A stretch of DNA of 64,000 nt from Rhodospirillaceae bacterium (GTDB lineage: Bacteria; Pseudomonadota; Alphaproteobacteria; MPNO01; UBA2964): positions 288,660 through 352,659 of the forward strand of contig JAYQSM010000015.1 of assembly GCA_038146885.1 (NCBI GenBank). Reading direction: 5' to 3'. Shown one piece after another: positions 43,222 through 52,200 of the stretch. Within the stretch, counting starts at the first letter, position 1. Each line of letters opens with the position of its first letter. The translations under genes and the position numbers were made by a program. The notes beneath the pieces are model-generated. The model did no database searches and was not told the origin of the DNA. It worked only from the letters and a program-made list of their open reading frames with translations.

Positions 43222-43941
43222 ATGCGATGGGCTAAAAAGGTCCTCAGATCAAGCCTTGGACAAAAACTACTCTGCCTTTTGATCAGCGGCTACTTACTTT
43301 TTATAAAAACTACCGGAAATTGGTCGATTGAATCTGAAGATATTCCAAAGGAACTTATCGACAAGAATCAACCATTTATCGTTGCTTTCTGGCACGGTCG
43401 ACTTTTGATGTTCATCACTGCCTGGAAATTTTCTTCGCCCATAAGCATAGTTATTTCGCAACATAGAGATGGAAAACTAATTTCAAGTTCTGTGGCGCCG
43501 TTTGGAATTTCTTCACTCGCGGGATCGACCACTCGTGGGGGCAGCCAAGTTCTACGAAAACTGATCCGGACCGTAAAGAATGGTCAAAATGTCGGCATCA
43601 CACCTGATGGGCCCCAAGGGCCAAGAATGAGGGCTACCGCCGGCGTAATAGAGGCTGCCAGGCTCTCTGAGGCTCCTATAGTCCCACTTGCCCTCTCAGC
43701 TAAATCAGCGATTACTGCATCAAGTTGGGATCGCCTTTTGATCCCACTTCCCTTCTGCAGGGGTATTCTCCTCTGGGGATCGCCGATTTTTGTACCACGA
43801 AACATCGATAAAGATCAGGTTACCATACTTATCAGAGAGCTGGAGGATCGCCTGAACCGAATGACGCATGACCTAGACAGTCGATTGGGCCGGCCCCTGA
43901 TAGAACCAGAAAAAGTAGGTATCGAGGGCAAGCCTTCGTGA
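43222..43941 (+). CDS. DUF374 lysophospholipid acyltransferase-like protein
   Basis: 239-aa ORF immediately upstream of waaA and overlapping it by 4 nt. An acyltransferase-like motif (HGRLLM) is present. Confidence 0.55.
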   Translation: MRWAKKVLRSSLGQKLLCLLISGYLLFIKTTGNWSIESEDIPKELIDKNQPFIVAFWHGRLLMFITAWKFSSPISIVISQHRDGKLISSSVAPFGISSLAGSTTRGGSQVLRKLIRTVKNGQNVGITPDGPQGPRMRATAGVIEAARLSEAPIVPLALSAKSAITASSWDRLLIPLPFCRGILLWGSPIFVPRNIDKDQVTILIRELEDRLNRMTHDLDSRLGRPLIEPEKVGIEGKPS

Positions 43942-45230
43942 TATTACCCACCTACAATTTAGTGACTCGCCTCGGAAAACCGATAATTAATTTTCTCCTC
44001 AAAAGACGCTGCCTATTGGGCAAAGAAAATCCGGAGCGGATTGAAGAACGTCGCGGTGTACCATCCCGATCCCGGCCAAATGGAGCCCTGGCTTGGATTC
44101 ATGCAGCGAGTGTGGGGGAGGCTCTATCTGCTTTGCCATTGATTGAGCGACTAAAAAAAGAATATCCCGATTTCCGCTTTCTCATAACCACGGGAACAGT
44201 TACCTCCGCTCAGGTGCTCCAACAGAGATTGCCGAGAGACGTCATCCATCAATTCATTCCTGTTGATCGACTAGCCTGGGTAGAGAAATTTCTAAATCAC
44301 TGGCGCCCCAATATAGCCCTTTGGATAGAGTCCGAGTTTTGGCCTAATCTGCTTACACGGATACGAAAACGGAACATTCCGATGATTTTAATAAATGGAC
44401 GGATATCTGAGAACTCCAGGAGAAGATGGCGAAGATTACCCGGGACAATATCCAACCTTTTGGGCTGTTTCACACTTTGCTTGGCCCAGAGCGAAACCGA
44501 CGCCGATAATTTGAGAGAACTCGGGGCACTGATGGTCTCTACCACCGGCAACATCAAGTTCGCCGCGGACCCTCTCCCTGCTAATCCAGCTTTTTTCAAT
44601 GACCTAAAGCGGTCTATTGGCACTCGACCAGTTTGGCTCGCTGCGAGCACCCACCCAGGCGAGGAGAAGATGATAATAGAAACTCATCACTCCCTCAGAA
44701 AAGCACTATCGAATTTGCTGACTATAATTGTTCCAAGACATCCAGATAGAGGTCCGGAAATCTCAGCGCTCGCCTCAAATGCAAAGTTAGTGACTGCTTG
44801 TAGATCGAAAAACCAGTCCATTTCTGACCATACGGCGATCTATATTTCCGACACAATAGGAGAACTCGGGACACTGTATCGCATCGCCCCGGTGTCCTTT
44901 ATCGGGGGCTCTATGGTTGCGCATGGGGGACAAAACATGCTCGAAGCGGCCAAACTTGGGAGTGGTGTGATTTTTGGCCCCCACACGGGGAATTTTAAGA
45001 GGGTAGCCGACCAGATGATTGCAGAGGGAGCTGCCCATCGCGTAGTCACAACACAAGATTTGATTAATTCTCTAATCTCCCTGCTTTCTGATAAAAAGCG
45101 TCTTAGAGCCCAGACGGAGGCAGGTCTTAAAATTGCAAACAGTCAGAAAAAAATTTTGGACGATGTCATAGAACAGCTGGGACCGTCTATGACAATTGCC
45201 CAAGAAAACCAAAATCATGCGGCAACCTGA
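43938..45230 (+). CDS. waaA: 3-deoxy-D-manno-octulosonic acid transferase
   Basis: 430 aa with a glycosyltransferase N-terminal domain (AWIHAASVGE). It sits immediately upstream of lpxK. Confidence 0.85.
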   Translation: MILPTYNLVTRLGKPIINFLLKRRCLLGKENPERIEERRGVPSRSRPNGALAWIHAASVGEALSALPLIERLKKEYPDFRFLITTGTVTSAQVLQQRLPRDVIHQFIPVDRLAWVEKFLNHWRPNIALWIESEFWPNLLTRIRKRNIPMILINGRISENSRRRWRRLPGTISNLLGCFTLCLAQSETDADNLRELGALMVSTTGNIKFAADPLPANPAFFNDLKRSIGTRPVWLAASTHPGEEKMIIETHHSLRKALSNLLTIIVPRHPDRGPEISALASNAKLVTACRSKNQSISDHTAIYISDTIGELGTLYRIAPVSFIGGSMVAHGGQNMLEAAKLGSGVIFGPHTGNFKRVADQMIAEGAAHRVVTTQDLINSLISLLSDKKRLRAQTEAGLKIANSQKKILDDVIEQLGPSMTIAQENQNHAAT

Positions 45231-46185
45231 ATTTTGGCTGACAAGGGGCCTTAGATCGACATCTTTAATCCCCTTCTCATGGGCTTATTTGGGTATCCGG
45301 CGGGTGCTTCAAGGGGGGGGGAGCCCATGGAAAGCGCCAGTGCCTGTCTTTTGCGTTGGGAATTTAACCGTCGGTGGTTCCGGAAAAACACCAGTAGCGC
45401 TTGAGTTAGCCAGAATGCTTATTGATCGGGGCAGGAGTCCGCATTTTTTATCACGCGGTTATGGAAGAAAAACGAAAACCCCACTAAGAGTAGACCCTCT
45501 TAGTCACCGCGTAACAGATGTAGGGGATGAACCTCTTCTTCTTGCGCAGTTAGCTCCAGTTTGGGTTGATAGTGATAGAGTTCGGGCTGCAAAACTCGCC
45601 TGCGCATCCGGAGCGGATTGTTTGGTCATGGATGATGGTTTTCAGAACTTCGGACTTTATAAAGATTATTCAGTAATCGTAATAGATGGCTCTTACGGGT
45701 TTGGAAATGGCCGCTTAATTCCATCGGGACCTCTGCGGGAACAGATTGGAAGCGGTTGTGAGAGGGCTCAGGTAGCAGTTTTAATTGGAGAAGATAGCCA
45801 TGGTGTTTCGAAAGGATTGCCTCTTGAGACCATCAATGCAGACATCATTCCTATAATTTCCTCCACAGACTTTAAAAATAAAAAGATTGCCGCTTTCGCA
45901 GGGATAGGTCGGCCTGAAAAATTTTTCGACCTACTCAAATCTCTCGGAGCTGACTTAATTGTGCAAAAGTCCTTCCCAGATCACCATTATTTTTCAGAAG
46001 CGGATTTGAAGGAGTTCACTCAAATAGCTAAGAGAGGAAACGCGGAAATTTATACTACAGAAAAAGATTATCAGAGAGTACCCATGGATTTGAGAATGGA
46101 CTTTCAAATATTACCTGTAAAGATTTCGTGGAAAGACACCGCGGCGCCCTCTCGTATGCTGGATAAGTTTCTAGAAAATGGCTGA
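45217..46185 (+). CDS. lpxK: tetraacyldisaccharide 4'-kinase
   Basis: P-loop VGNLTVGGSGKTP. The N-terminus aligns with E. coli LpxK when started at the Met at 45217. The start overlaps the waaA end. Confidence 0.85.
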   Translation: MRQPEFWLTRGLRSTSLIPFSWAYLGIRRVLQGGGSPWKAPVPVFCVGNLTVGGSGKTPVALELARMLIDRGRSPHFLSRGYGRKTKTPLRVDPLSHRVTDVGDEPLLLAQLAPVWVDSDRVRAAKLACASGADCLVMDDGFQNFGLYKDYSVIVIDGSYGFGNGRLIPSGPLREQIGSGCERAQVAVLIGEDSHGVSKGLPLETINADIIPIISSTDFKNKKIAAFAGIGRPEKFFDLLKSLGADLIVQKSFPDHHYFSEADLKEFTQIAKRGNAEIYTTEKDYQRVPMDLRMDFQILPVKISWKDTAAPSRMLDKFLENG

Positions 46186-47086
46186 TCCCACAAGAAGCCT
46201 GCACCCAGCAAGGAGATTCATCCGCCACCCCCTAGAGGTTATCGGAATATTGATTCCTTATCTTTTCTTCAAATTACTTCCCCTTCGTACGGCCTCGGAT
46301 CTTGGCGGTTACCTGGGCCGGAAAATAGGACCAAAACTCGGCATCTCCAAAAGGGCGGAAAAAAACATCCGATTTATCTTCCCAAAATGGAACTCTGAAA
46401 AGGTTTCATCTACGACGGTCCAAATGTGGGATAACCTTGGGAGAGTGATCGCTGAAATGCCTCACGTCCGGCATATCGCAAGGTGGGCTCGGACGGGAGA
46501 GCTGGAAATTGTGAACAGGGATTATCTTGCCCGTTTTTGCCAAACTGGCAAACCGATCATATTTTTCTCAGGTCATTTTTCAAACTGGGAGCTTTTCCCG
46601 CATATTAATCGGGAGTTGGGAGCTTCCCATTCATTTGTCTACCGCGCCCCGAATAACCCTCTTATCGATCGATTGCTCCGATATTTCCGGAGAATGGATA
46701 ATGAGGAGATGATTAGAAAGGGGGCAAAGGAGACAAAATCTCTTTTGACTCTTTTAAACCGAGGCGGCCGGCTAATGCTGCTAGTAGATCAAAAAATGAA
46801 TGACGGGATTCCAATCCTCTTTCTAGGTCAAAAAGCAATGACCGCACCCGGCGTGGCGAACCTTGCTTTGAAATATAAATGTCCTGTCATCCCCATCAGA
46901 CTTCAAAGAATCAAGGGATGTAACTTTAAAATGACAATCTTACCTCCGTTGACGCATCCCGACACCGGCAGCAAAACGGGGGATATAAACTTGATGATGA
47001 CCGAGGTGAATGAAATTTTGGGATCCTGGATTGAAGAAGACCCGGATCAATGGTTCTGGCTACACCAGCGTTGGACAAGTCGATAA
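46178..47086 (+). CDS. lpxL: lipid A biosynthesis lauroyl/late acyltransferase (LpxL/HtrB family)
   Basis: 302 aa with an HX4D acyltransferase motif (SGHFSNWEL). It overlaps the lpxK end by 8 nt. Confidence 0.75.
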   Translation: MADPTRSLHPARRFIRHPLEVIGILIPYLFFKLLPLRTASDLGGYLGRKIGPKLGISKRAEKNIRFIFPKWNSEKVSSTTVQMWDNLGRVIAEMPHVRHIARWARTGELEIVNRDYLARFCQTGKPIIFFSGHFSNWELFPHINRELGASHSFVYRAPNNPLIDRLLRYFRRMDNEEMIRKGAKETKSLLTLLNRGGRLMLLVDQKMNDGIPILFLGQKAMTAPGVANLALKYKCPVIPIRLQRIKGCNFKMTILPPLTHPDTGSKTGDINLMMTEVNEILGSWIEEDPDQWFWLHQRWTSR

Positions 47087-47094
47087 AGAACCGT

Positions 47095-47904
47095 TTAAGG
47101 TTTTGACATTGGTCCAACCAATAGCTGCGGATCCAGCCGGATAGAGCCCCAGGACATACCCCAATGGAGATGAGGCCCCGTGGCTCTTCCGGTCATGCCA
47201 ACCGCTCCAATTTTCTGTCCTTTTTTGACCTTTTCTCCCTTCTGCACTGATATTTGGGAGAGATGGACATAAATCGATGAGATCGAATGTCCGTGTTCAA
47301 TCATAACCGTCTTGCCTGTAAAAAACATTCCGGAATTCACCAAAGATACGATCCCATTGCCTGCCGCCAGAACCGGCGTCCCAACTTCAGCAGCGATATC
47401 GACACCCAAATGTGGCCGGCGAGGCTGATTATTTAAGACTCTTTGGCTTCCATAAACTCCTGTTATTCTTCCGTTCAGAGGCCAAATAAATCCATCAAGA
47501 AAATCCGTCCTATGACTTCTAAGAGCACGTGCGGTTTTTAAAAGCGCATTCTCTTTTGAAATTCTTTTTATCTGCTCAAGCGGAGGATTTACTTTTTTCG
47601 GCGGCAACCCCTCTATTCTCTGAACTTCATAGGAGCGAGGCTTAAGGCGAATCTGGTATGATCGCAGTCCACCATTTATGCTTTTCACCTTAAGAATTTG
47701 GTCAAGGTCTGCGTCTCTCCCGAAACCAACAACCAACAATCCATCTTCTGCAACCCAAAGGCTTTTTTGGTTGAGAAAAGCCTTGGATCCGGGAGCTAAC
47801 TTTGCTGTAACCAGACCACCCGGCTGAAGGGTACCACTCAGATCCAACGACCAACTGGACGCACTCCATAAAGAGGACAGAATGATAATCAGAATTCGGC
47901 TCAC
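47095..47904 (-). CDS. M23 family metallopeptidase
   Basis: Signal peptide plus the motifs HLGVDIAAEVGTPV and HGHSISSIYVHL. Confidence 0.8.
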   Translation of the reverse strand: MSRILIIILSSLWSASSWSLDLSGTLQPGGLVTAKLAPGSKAFLNQKSLWVAEDGLLVVGFGRDADLDQILKVKSINGGLRSYQIRLKPRSYEVQRIEGLPPKKVNPPLEQIKRISKENALLKTARALRSHRTDFLDGFIWPLNGRITGVYGSQRVLNNQPRRPHLGVDIAAEVGTPVLAAGNGIVSLVNSGMFFTGKTVMIEHGHSISSIYVHLSQISVQKGEKVKKGQKIGAVGMTGRATGPHLHWGMSWGSIRLDPQLLVGPMSKP

Positions 47905-49424
47905 AGTAGAGTACCCTGCACACCAGAATTTTCTGTTATCTCCGCAGTGCTCGATTTCTTTCTAGGCCTTCCTGAAATTTCATCTGGGACGATTTTTGCG
48001 AGTTTTGAACCGTCAAAAAACTCTAGAGTAATTTCATCATCAGGGCGCAAGTTCTTCGACACTTTTATGGGTGTTCCGCTGACATCCTTGACCAAAGCAA
48101 ATCCTCTTCCAAGGACATTCTTGTAGGAATAGCTCTCCAATAATTTTCCATAGCCAATGATTTTTTGCGAGGCCACATCAAACAAACGATCTAAAGCCGA
48201 TAAGAGTCGTTGTTCAGGCTCTAAACTAGATAGACGCTGAGAATTAGAGCCCAGTACAGATCGGCTACTCAAAATTAGATGTTCTGAAAACCGGGCCAAC
48301 TTCTCATCCGATAGAACAATAAAGTCACTTGGATGCGTTATTTTATTTCCCAGAACCTCAATACGATCCCCTAAACGTTGTTGCCGACTTTCAACCGCTC
48401 TCTTGAGCCGATCACCCTCAATGTCCAGGCTTTGCTGAGCATCGGAGAAGAGCATTTCAGGACGCGGAATCCCTCGTCCCAGCCCCTCTAACTGTAAACA
48501 AAAAGCTTCTTGAAGCCGTTGCATCGCATTCACGGTTCTTCTTGCACAATCAAAAATTTGAGCCGAAAGATCGGCTCGGACCGGCACCGCCATCTCCGCC
48601 GCAGCTGAGGGTGTAGGTGCACGCAGATCGGCTACAAAATCTATCAGGGTGAAATCTGTCTCATGCCCAATAGCAGAAATCACTGGAATTTCTGACTTAG
48701 ATACCGCGCGGACAACAACCTCTTCATTAAAACACCAAAGATCCTCGAGACTGCCCCCGCCACGCGCAACAATAATTAGGTCCGGTCGAGAGATTTCTGA
48801 TCCCCGAGGAATATTATTGAAGGCAGAGACAGCACTAGCGATTTTCTCCGCTGCCCCTTCCCCCTGCACAGGTACTGGCCACACAATAACTTTGCGGGGG
48901 AACCTTGCCGATAGTCGGTGCAAAATATCTCGTATAACGGCACCCGTAGGAGATGTCACAACACCTATGACATCGGGAAGAAATGGCAGTTTCTTCTTAG
49001 CAAGATCTGAGAACAATCCCTCATCAGCGAGCTTTTTGCGCCTCTCCTCCAAAAGCTTAAGAAGAGCACCCTCGCCCGCAAGTTCGATAGAGGCTACGAC
49101 TATCTGGTATTTTGAACTCTTTGCGTACGAGGAGACTTTTCCGGAGCAAACGACCTCCATTCCTTCTTCCAGCCTAAAGCCTAATTTCTCTACGTTCCCG
49201 CGCCAACAAACGCCGTCGATAACCGCTTCGGCATCTTTCAGGGTAAAATATAAATGTCCCGATCCATGATAGGTCGGACGCGCAATCTCACCTCTGACTC
49301 TCAAACTCCCAAATTCGGACTCAAGCGAATGTTTGATAGATCGCGCTAATTCGCCAACTGAATACTCCGCGAGATTATGTTCAAACAAATTTGTAAGATA
49401 TGCATGTTCATCAGGGTCAGTCAT
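47901..49424 (-). CDS. xseA: exodeoxyribonuclease VII large subunit
   Basis: 507 aa with an OB-fold N-terminus and a catalytic domain (VGVVTSPTGAVIRDI). Confidence 0.85.
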   Translation of the reverse strand: MTDPDEHAYLTNLFEHNLAEYSVGELARSIKHSLESEFGSLRVRGEIARPTYHGSGHLYFTLKDAEAVIDGVCWRGNVEKLGFRLEEGMEVVCSGKVSSYAKSSKYQIVVASIELAGEGALLKLLEERRKKLADEGLFSDLAKKKLPFLPDVIGVVTSPTGAVIRDILHRLSARFPRKVIVWPVPVQGEGAAEKIASAVSAFNNIPRGSEISRPDLIIVARGGGSLEDLWCFNEEVVVRAVSKSEIPVISAIGHETDFTLIDFVADLRAPTPSAAAEMAVPVRADLSAQIFDCARRTVNAMQRLQEAFCLQLEGLGRGIPRPEMLFSDAQQSLDIEGDRLKRAVESRQQRLGDRIEVLGNKITHPSDFIVLSDEKLARFSEHLILSSRSVLGSNSQRLSSLEPEQRLLSALDRLFDVASQKIIGYGKLLESYSYKNVLGRGFALVKDVSGTPIKVSKNLRPDDEITLEFFDGSKLAKIVPDEISGRPRKKSSTAEITENSGVQGTLL

Positions 49425-49507
49425 AGCGACTCGTATTGTATGCTAAACCATCAGGATCTGATAGCAGATACAATGAATTTTCGAATGACAAATCGGGAGG
49501 ATTTCCT

Positions 49508-50791
49508 ATGAGGATATTAGTGATAGGCGGGGGGGGCCGAGAACATGCCCTTTGTTGGGCCATAGAGGGCTCTCCGCTTGTTACTCAACTCTGGTGCGCT
49601 CCCGGCAATGCGGGGATTAAAGAGGTGGCTGAGTGCGTCCCAATTTCAGCGGATGATAATGATGCCCTTATAAATTTTGTCCAGGATAATGCAGTAGATT
49701 TTGTTGTGATTGGACCCGAGGCCCCACTTGTGACTGGACTTGGAGATAGACTAAGTGAAATCGGTGTAAAATATTTTGGACCGACAAGGCTCGCTGCCAG
49801 GTTAGAGGGATCCAAAGGATTTATGAAGGATTTCTGCCTTCGACACGGTATTCCAACGGCTAAATACGGTCGGTTTAGAGACGTCACAGAGGCAAAAAAA
49901 TTTGTGAGAAGTATGGACACACCAATCGTTGTGAAAGCGGATGGATTAGCCGCAGGAAAGGGTGTCATCATTGCGGAAACGATCGAACAGGCAGGTCACA
50001 CCATTTCTGAAATGTTAGAAACGGGAGCCTTTGGATCAGCAGGCAATGAGATCATTATCGAGGAATTTCTCAGGGGAGAAGAAGCGAGCTTTTTTGCATT
50101 ATGCGACGGAAAAACGGCGTTGCCGCTCGTTTCGGCCCAAGATCATAAGCGCGTAGGAGATGGTGATACGGGCCCCAATACGGGTGGAATGGGCGCCTAT
50201 TCTCCGGCTCCTGTTGTTACCGAAGACGTTGCTAAATCTGTGATCGAAAAAATTATTAACCCGACAATAGAGGGGATGGCTCAGGAGGGAGCACCCTACA
50301 AGGGTGTTTTATATGCAGGGTTAATGATCCAAAACGGAGAACCAAAGCTTTTGGAGTACAATGTCCGTTTTGGCGACCCTGAATGCCAAGTTTTGATGAT
50401 GCGCATCAAATCTGACATTCTACCTGCTCTTATTGCATCGCACGACGAGGTTTTATCGGATTTCGATCTGCAGTGGTACGACGAGGCCGCGATGGTTATA
50501 GTCATGGCTGCCCGCGGTTATCCGGGAGACTATGAGAGAGGGACACGAATACAAGGTCTCGAAAAAGCGGCGAAGCCTGCTGATGTTCAAATCTTTCATG
50601 CGGGCACGGCAAGTAATGACGCAGGTGATCTCATCTCGGCCGGCGGCCGTGTCCTAGGGATCGCCGCTTTAGGCAAAGATATTGCCGCTGCTCACAAAAC
50701 AGCCTATCAAGCTGTCAATATGGTGAATTGGCCAGAAGGTTTTTTTCGCAGTGATATTGGGTGGCGAGTATTTAACAAAAAAGGTAATTAA
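49508..50791 (+). CDS. purD: phosphoribosylamine--glycine ligase
   Basis: MRILVIGGGGREHAL N-terminus, preceded by a GGGAGG Shine-Dalgarno sequence. The ORF track starts earlier, at 49436, in the same frame. Confidence 0.9.
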   Translation: MRILVIGGGGREHALCWAIEGSPLVTQLWCAPGNAGIKEVAECVPISADDNDALINFVQDNAVDFVVIGPEAPLVTGLGDRLSEIGVKYFGPTRLAARLEGSKGFMKDFCLRHGIPTAKYGRFRDVTEAKKFVRSMDTPIVVKADGLAAGKGVIIAETIEQAGHTISEMLETGAFGSAGNEIIIEEFLRGEEASFFALCDGKTALPLVSAQDHKRVGDGDTGPNTGGMGAYSPAPVVTEDVAKSVIEKIINPTIEGMAQEGAPYKGVLYAGLMIQNGEPKLLEYNVRFGDPECQVLMMRIKSDILPALIASHDEVLSDFDLQWYDEAAMVIVMAARGYPGDYERGTRIQGLEKAAKPADVQIFHAGTASNDAGDLISAGGRVLGIAALGKDIAAAHKTAYQAVNMVNWPEGFFRSDIGWRVFNKKGN

Positions 50792-51580
50792 ATGGAGATT
50801 AGACTTGATGGGCGAGCCGCTCTTATTACAGGCGGCAGCGAAGGCCTGGGAAAGGGAATGGCCCTTAAATTCGCAGAGTCGGGTGCAGATGTTGCGATAT
50901 TGGCACGCAGAAGAGAAGCCCTAGACGCAGCAAAAGTGGAGATACAAAGCGTCAGTAAAGGACAGGTAGTGGCTATTTCTTGTGATCTGGCATGTCCTGA
51001 TAACGCAGACCAGGCTTTCACAGAAGCAGAGCAAGCCTTGGGGAAAATTGATATTCTTATCAACAATGCCGGCACCTCTCGGTCGGGGCCGTTCATGGAC
51101 ATTACCGATGAGGATTGGCAATCTGACTTTGATTTGAAATTTTTCTCCGCAGTAAAATTGATACGCCGGGCGATACCTGGGATGCAGCGGCGGAAATGGG
51201 GTCGAATCATTAATACTCTCAATATCGGAGCCAAGGCTCCACCCGCAAAGGGAGCGCCAACTGCGGTGACCCGGGCCGCGGGCATGGCTTTAACGAAAGT
51301 TTTGGCACAAGAATTCGCGCCCGATAATATATTGGTCAACGCTTTGCTGGTTGGATTAATTAAATCCAATCAGTGGGTTCGAAGGTACGAGCGCCTTCAA
51401 CCCAATGAAGATTATGAAACTTTCGTCCAAGGCATGGTTGATTCTCGAAATATCCCTCTCGGCCGAATTGGAGAGACCGATGAGTTCGCCAATATCGCGT
51501 GCTTTCTTGCCTCGGACGCGGCGGGCTACATCACAGGGACCGCGATTAATGTCGATGGCGGTAAAGCACCGATCGTATAA
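50792..51580 (+). CDS. SDR family oxidoreductase
   Basis: 262 aa with a Gly-rich NAD(P)-binding motif (ITGGSEGLG) and an NNAG motif. Confidence 0.8.
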   Translation: MEIRLDGRAALITGGSEGLGKGMALKFAESGADVAILARRREALDAAKVEIQSVSKGQVVAISCDLACPDNADQAFTEAEQALGKIDILINNAGTSRSGPFMDITDEDWQSDFDLKFFSAVKLIRRAIPGMQRRKWGRIINTLNIGAKAPPAKGAPTAVTRAAGMALTKVLAQEFAPDNILVNALLVGLIKSNQWVRRYERLQPNEDYETFVQGMVDSRNIPLGRIGETDEFANIACFLASDAAGYITGTAINVDGGKAPIV

Positions 51581-51638
51581 CTACGCAGAAAAGAGTAAGA
51601 ATTTCTCTCCCCTCTTTGTTAGTGGAGGATACGGCTAA

Positions 51639-52118
51639 ATGTCCAAGAAAAACCATCATCCCAATCCTCCAAGCCCCTTGGAACGCTTCCGCAATCTCAA
51701 GCTCTCTTATCAGGGAATGCTCTATCCAATGGAAACAGACCATATGGGGCATGCGAATGTCCGGTTTTACAGCCGTGCTTTTAATGAGGCAGCCTACTGC
51801 ACCTTCACCTTTGCAGGTATCACTCCAGAATATATGCGGAAAAACAAGAGAGGGATGGCCGCTGTCACAGAAAATTACCAGTATAAACGGGAAGTTCTTC
51901 CCGGGGATCTAGTCCAGATCAGATCTTGTCTAATAGATTTTACACCCAAGAGCTTACACGTCTGGGCTATTATGATCGATTCTTGCAAAGATCAGATCTG
52001 CGCGATTAACGATCAGATCTGTGTTTCTCTGGATACGGTCGCTCGGAAAGCCGTGGAATGGCCACCCGAGATTTGTGAAAAGGGTCAGCTACTGGTGCGG
52101 GATAGACCAACTGTCTAG
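51639..52118 (+). CDS. hotdog-fold acyl-CoA thioesterase (4HBT/YbgC-like)
   Basis: 159 aa. The length and sequence pattern are typical of 4HBT-type thioesterases. Confidence 0.55.
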   Translation: MSKKNHHPNPPSPLERFRNLKLSYQGMLYPMETDHMGHANVRFYSRAFNEAAYCTFTFAGITPEYMRKNKRGMAAVTENYQYKREVLPGDLVQIRSCLIDFTPKSLHVWAIMIDSCKDQICAINDQICVSLDTVARKAVEWPPEICEKGQLLVRDRPTV

Positions 52119-52200
52119 ATAATCAAGCCACAGATAGATTCAGACGATCGCTCGCCCGTTTTATTTAAAAACCGGCTGCCTCCGAACCGCTTGGCTCTCT

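Noticed and set aside
45311-45319. G9 homopolymer inside lpxK, and a similar G9 in purD at 49526-49534
   Set aside because: Both are in frame and encode GGG-type repeats within conserved motifs (QGGGSPW and IGGGGREH). I considered them as further frameshift sites, but they read through correctly.
51370-51385. GGTTCGAA(TCC)-like T-loop motifs (also at about 63170 and 21730) as potential tRNA genes
   Set aside because: Each lies inside a well-supported CDS without a surrounding cloverleaf or acceptor stem. No tRNA, rRNA, CRISPR repeat array, integrase, transposase or phage gene was seen anywhere in the window.
52119-52200. Hairpin GCCCGTTTT-ATT-TAAAACCGGC between the convergent thioesterase and TRAP permease genes, as a bidirectional terminator
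   Set aside because: The stem is AT-rich with one mismatch and there is no clear U-tract on either strand. Not reported as a feature.
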